Source: Candidatus Zixiibacteriota bacterium (GTDB lineage: Bacteria > Zixibacteria > MSB-5A5 > UBA10806 > 4484-95). From it: DNA of 64,000 bases. The notes below the pieces were generated by a model that worked only from the letters and a program-made list of their open reading frames with translations, was not told where the DNA came from and searched no databases. Both the position numbers and the translations under genes were made by a program. The DNA is taken from NCBI GenBank assembly GCA_037441845.1, contig JBBIRK010000008.1, forward strand, positions 6,952 through 70,951, read 5' to 3'. Shown piece by piece: positions 63,401-64,000 of the stretch. The first letter of the stretch is position 1, and each line of letters starts with the position of its first letter.

Positions 63401-63849
63401 AGGAGTTGGCCGGCCAGCAGGAGGCGATCCGAAAAAGCCTTCAGGAATTGACCGATCAGTACGGAGACCCGGATAACGTGCTCGGCCGTCTCGGCGAACT
63501 CGGCGAGGAAATGCGCCGAATAGTCGAACAGATGCGCCGGGAAGGTCTGAACGAAAATGTGGTGCGAAGACAAGAGCGGATATTGAGCCGTCTGCTGGAT
63601 GCCCAGAAGTCGGTCAATCGGCGTGACTACACGCAAAAACGTCAGGCACGCACCGGCGAGGATATAATCAGAAGATCGCCGGCCGCCCTGAACGACGAGC
63701 CGGTATCGAACCGCTTGACCGAAGATATTATCCGAGCGCTCAACGAAAAATATCCGCGGCGATACGAGAATCAAATAAAGGGATATTTCCGAATGCTATC
63801 CGGAGAGCTTCCGACAGGGACTGCAACCGGTCAGGAATCAGGCGAATGA
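60454..63849 (+). CDS. 1131-aa membrane-anchored protein with beta-rich ectodomain and a very long Q/E/K/L-rich coiled coil (DUF4175-like)
   Basis: There are two or three N-terminal TM helices (FRLASLLAAVSVVLWFITLIFW, MTAAVVVSAAAAVYAYLAII, LRLMLVAFCLLGLVSLVSL). A ~350-aa beta-rich region follows, then ~500 aa of heptad-like low-complexity sequence. The C-terminal VRRQERILSRLLDAQKSVNRRDY...KGYFRML resembles the DUF4175 tail as I recall it. Confidence 0.55.
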   Translation: MGSKEYSTIVEKLRHTGKSISRRLAIEGSFRLASLLAAVSVVLWFITLIFWPGPAFRMTAAVVVSAAAAVYAYLAIIRPLLRKPPLASVALRLERRYGKLQSRLIGALQLYDKMADNRENYSLELIEKTIEEAGEEIKNIDFSVAVAKNKRPLRLMLVAFCLLGLVSLVSLNTLGQTLLLYTNPLADIPRPTNIRLSIDPINAEVVKNEDILVQIRAEGGRIGRPKFNYRHGDDSWFEVPPEEIAADSSNIGGAFAFTFKKLRRDVEFYASAGSARSPIGKIKVIDPPRIIDVSVTLNYPKYTGMADKTLPPNEGSVTAIKGTRVKFEGRVNKPISDAQIVFMDSTGKLMATRKLSISPKGISGDFRVDFSGAYRVEISDSAGLTNPKPINYEITALADYPPAINITFPASDIDLDERMFVPLTAEIHDDYGFSRLDLVYWISSEGKESEHRRITLTRDFNGQLEGIVEYDWSVEELNLMPGDLAHYYLEIFDNDAVSGTKSAQSKTYSARLPSLDEIVADITGGREDIIEQMQEASAYQKQLKEQLENIAREMQSANQVNWEKKSEIQAAVNRQKDIAEKVEKAARQLAENIEKLDRQQMAAEEMLDKMREIQELMEKVATPELKEAMRRLEEAMRQMDPERLKEALKNFQLNLEQLNKNLDRTLALLKQLELEQKLDTMAKMAEKLAEEQGKINQRLEQCSSQNEMGQLRKPQESQQQGLESIKEQMQKTADLNEEVQTIAPEDIEQAMKELNSEELKNLLESMMQNLQSGNKSNCSSSGKKIQQKFRDLAGMFKSMLQKTQSRQQQMIVEAIRKAIEDILYISKSQEALAESTRACSQRGGNFSGLTGEQAELIDATERAADKVSELTKMTLFVNFSTMQKLGEALRAMEKSTKDLGSRQPAIAVNGQIQAMSALNQTARMLMKSQGQASACQSGTGMNEMMQQLSQLGQMQMQLNQQTQSLMPIPMGQAMSLIQQRQLEELAGQQEAIRKSLQELTDQYGDPDNVLGRLGELGEEMRRIVEQMRREGLNENVVRRQERILSRLLDAQKSVNRRDYTQKRQARTGEDIIRRSPAALNDEPVSNRLTEDIIRALNEKYPRRYENQIKGYFRMLSGELPTGTATGQESGE

Positions 63850-64000
63850 GACGAATCGCGAGAACAACCCGCTTGGGAATCGAAAAGGCATGGCCGTTTA
63901 GTCGATCGCCGATGGGGACGATTTCGCCTTTTCAGAAACCGGTCATCATCGCGCTTATTTTTATGATGTTCGGAGTTATTTGCGATCGGACCCTCGCTCA
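63846..64000 (+). CDS. partial CDS (5' end only), translationally coupled to the upstream gene
   Basis: The ATG at 63846 overlaps the upstream TGA (ATGA). The frame stays open to the window end (MRRIARTTRLGIEKAWPFSRSPMGTISPFQKPVIIALIFMMFGVICDRTL) and includes a hydrophobic helix. It is absent from the track because no stop lies in the window. Confidence 0.4.
   Translation, partial: MRRIARTTRLGIEKAWPFSRSPMGTISPFQKPVIIALIFMMFGVICDRTLA

Noticed and set aside
61498-63774. Minus-strand ORFs 61498..62253, 62247..62801, 62410..62880 and 63295..63774
   Set aside because: They are antisense to the low-complexity coiled-coil region of the 1131-aa gene. Long open antisense frames are expected in Q/E/K/L-rich repeats.

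Overview
A 64 kb, gene-dense chromosomal window (about 52-55% GC by eye) from what looks like an uncultivated bacterium. I cannot assign taxonomy from sequence alone. I support about 50 protein genes and found no rRNA, tRNA, CRISPR array, transposase or integrase. Order of content: (1) central carbon metabolism on the minus strand (pgi partial, class II fba, ATP-type pckA), a SWIB-domain protein with a lysine-rich tail, and an M32 carboxypeptidase. (2) An accessory block of large secreted proteins (gluzincin protease, a 1474-aa Cys-rich repeat protein, a ComEC-type MBL hydrolase, and later an Fn3 protein) that share an unusual Cys-containing dockerin-like C-terminal module. (3) A tight minus-strand operon: glnA, carrier protein, adenylate-forming ligase, NAD-synthetase-family enzyme and polysaccharide deacetylase, followed by an SDR epimerase, wecB and a second, degenerate deacetylase. 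(4) Lipid kinase, flavoprotein, tandem TPR paralogues, and an NtrC-family regulator with degenerate GAFTGA and Walker B motifs. (5) secA, a 5'-nucleotidase, a GNAT protein, a creatininase-family protein, and an ECF sigma/anti-sigma pair. (6) An orphan motAB stator pair. (7) A complete Pho regulon: phoB-phoR, porin, pstSCAB, phoU. (8) trmB, a low-GC pentapeptide-repeat membrane protein, gyrB and a DUF721 gene. (9) A stand-alone fusion of a DprA/SLOG-like domain to an AbiGi-like domain. (10) A DUF4159 gene plus a 1131-aa coiled-coil membrane protein. The best candidates for undescribed biology are the shared C-terminal tag family, the SLOG-AbiGi fusion, the low-GC pentapeptide/TM gene, and the carrier-protein/ligase/amidotransferase-like polysaccharide operon. 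All family assignments come from motif recognition by eye, with no database search.
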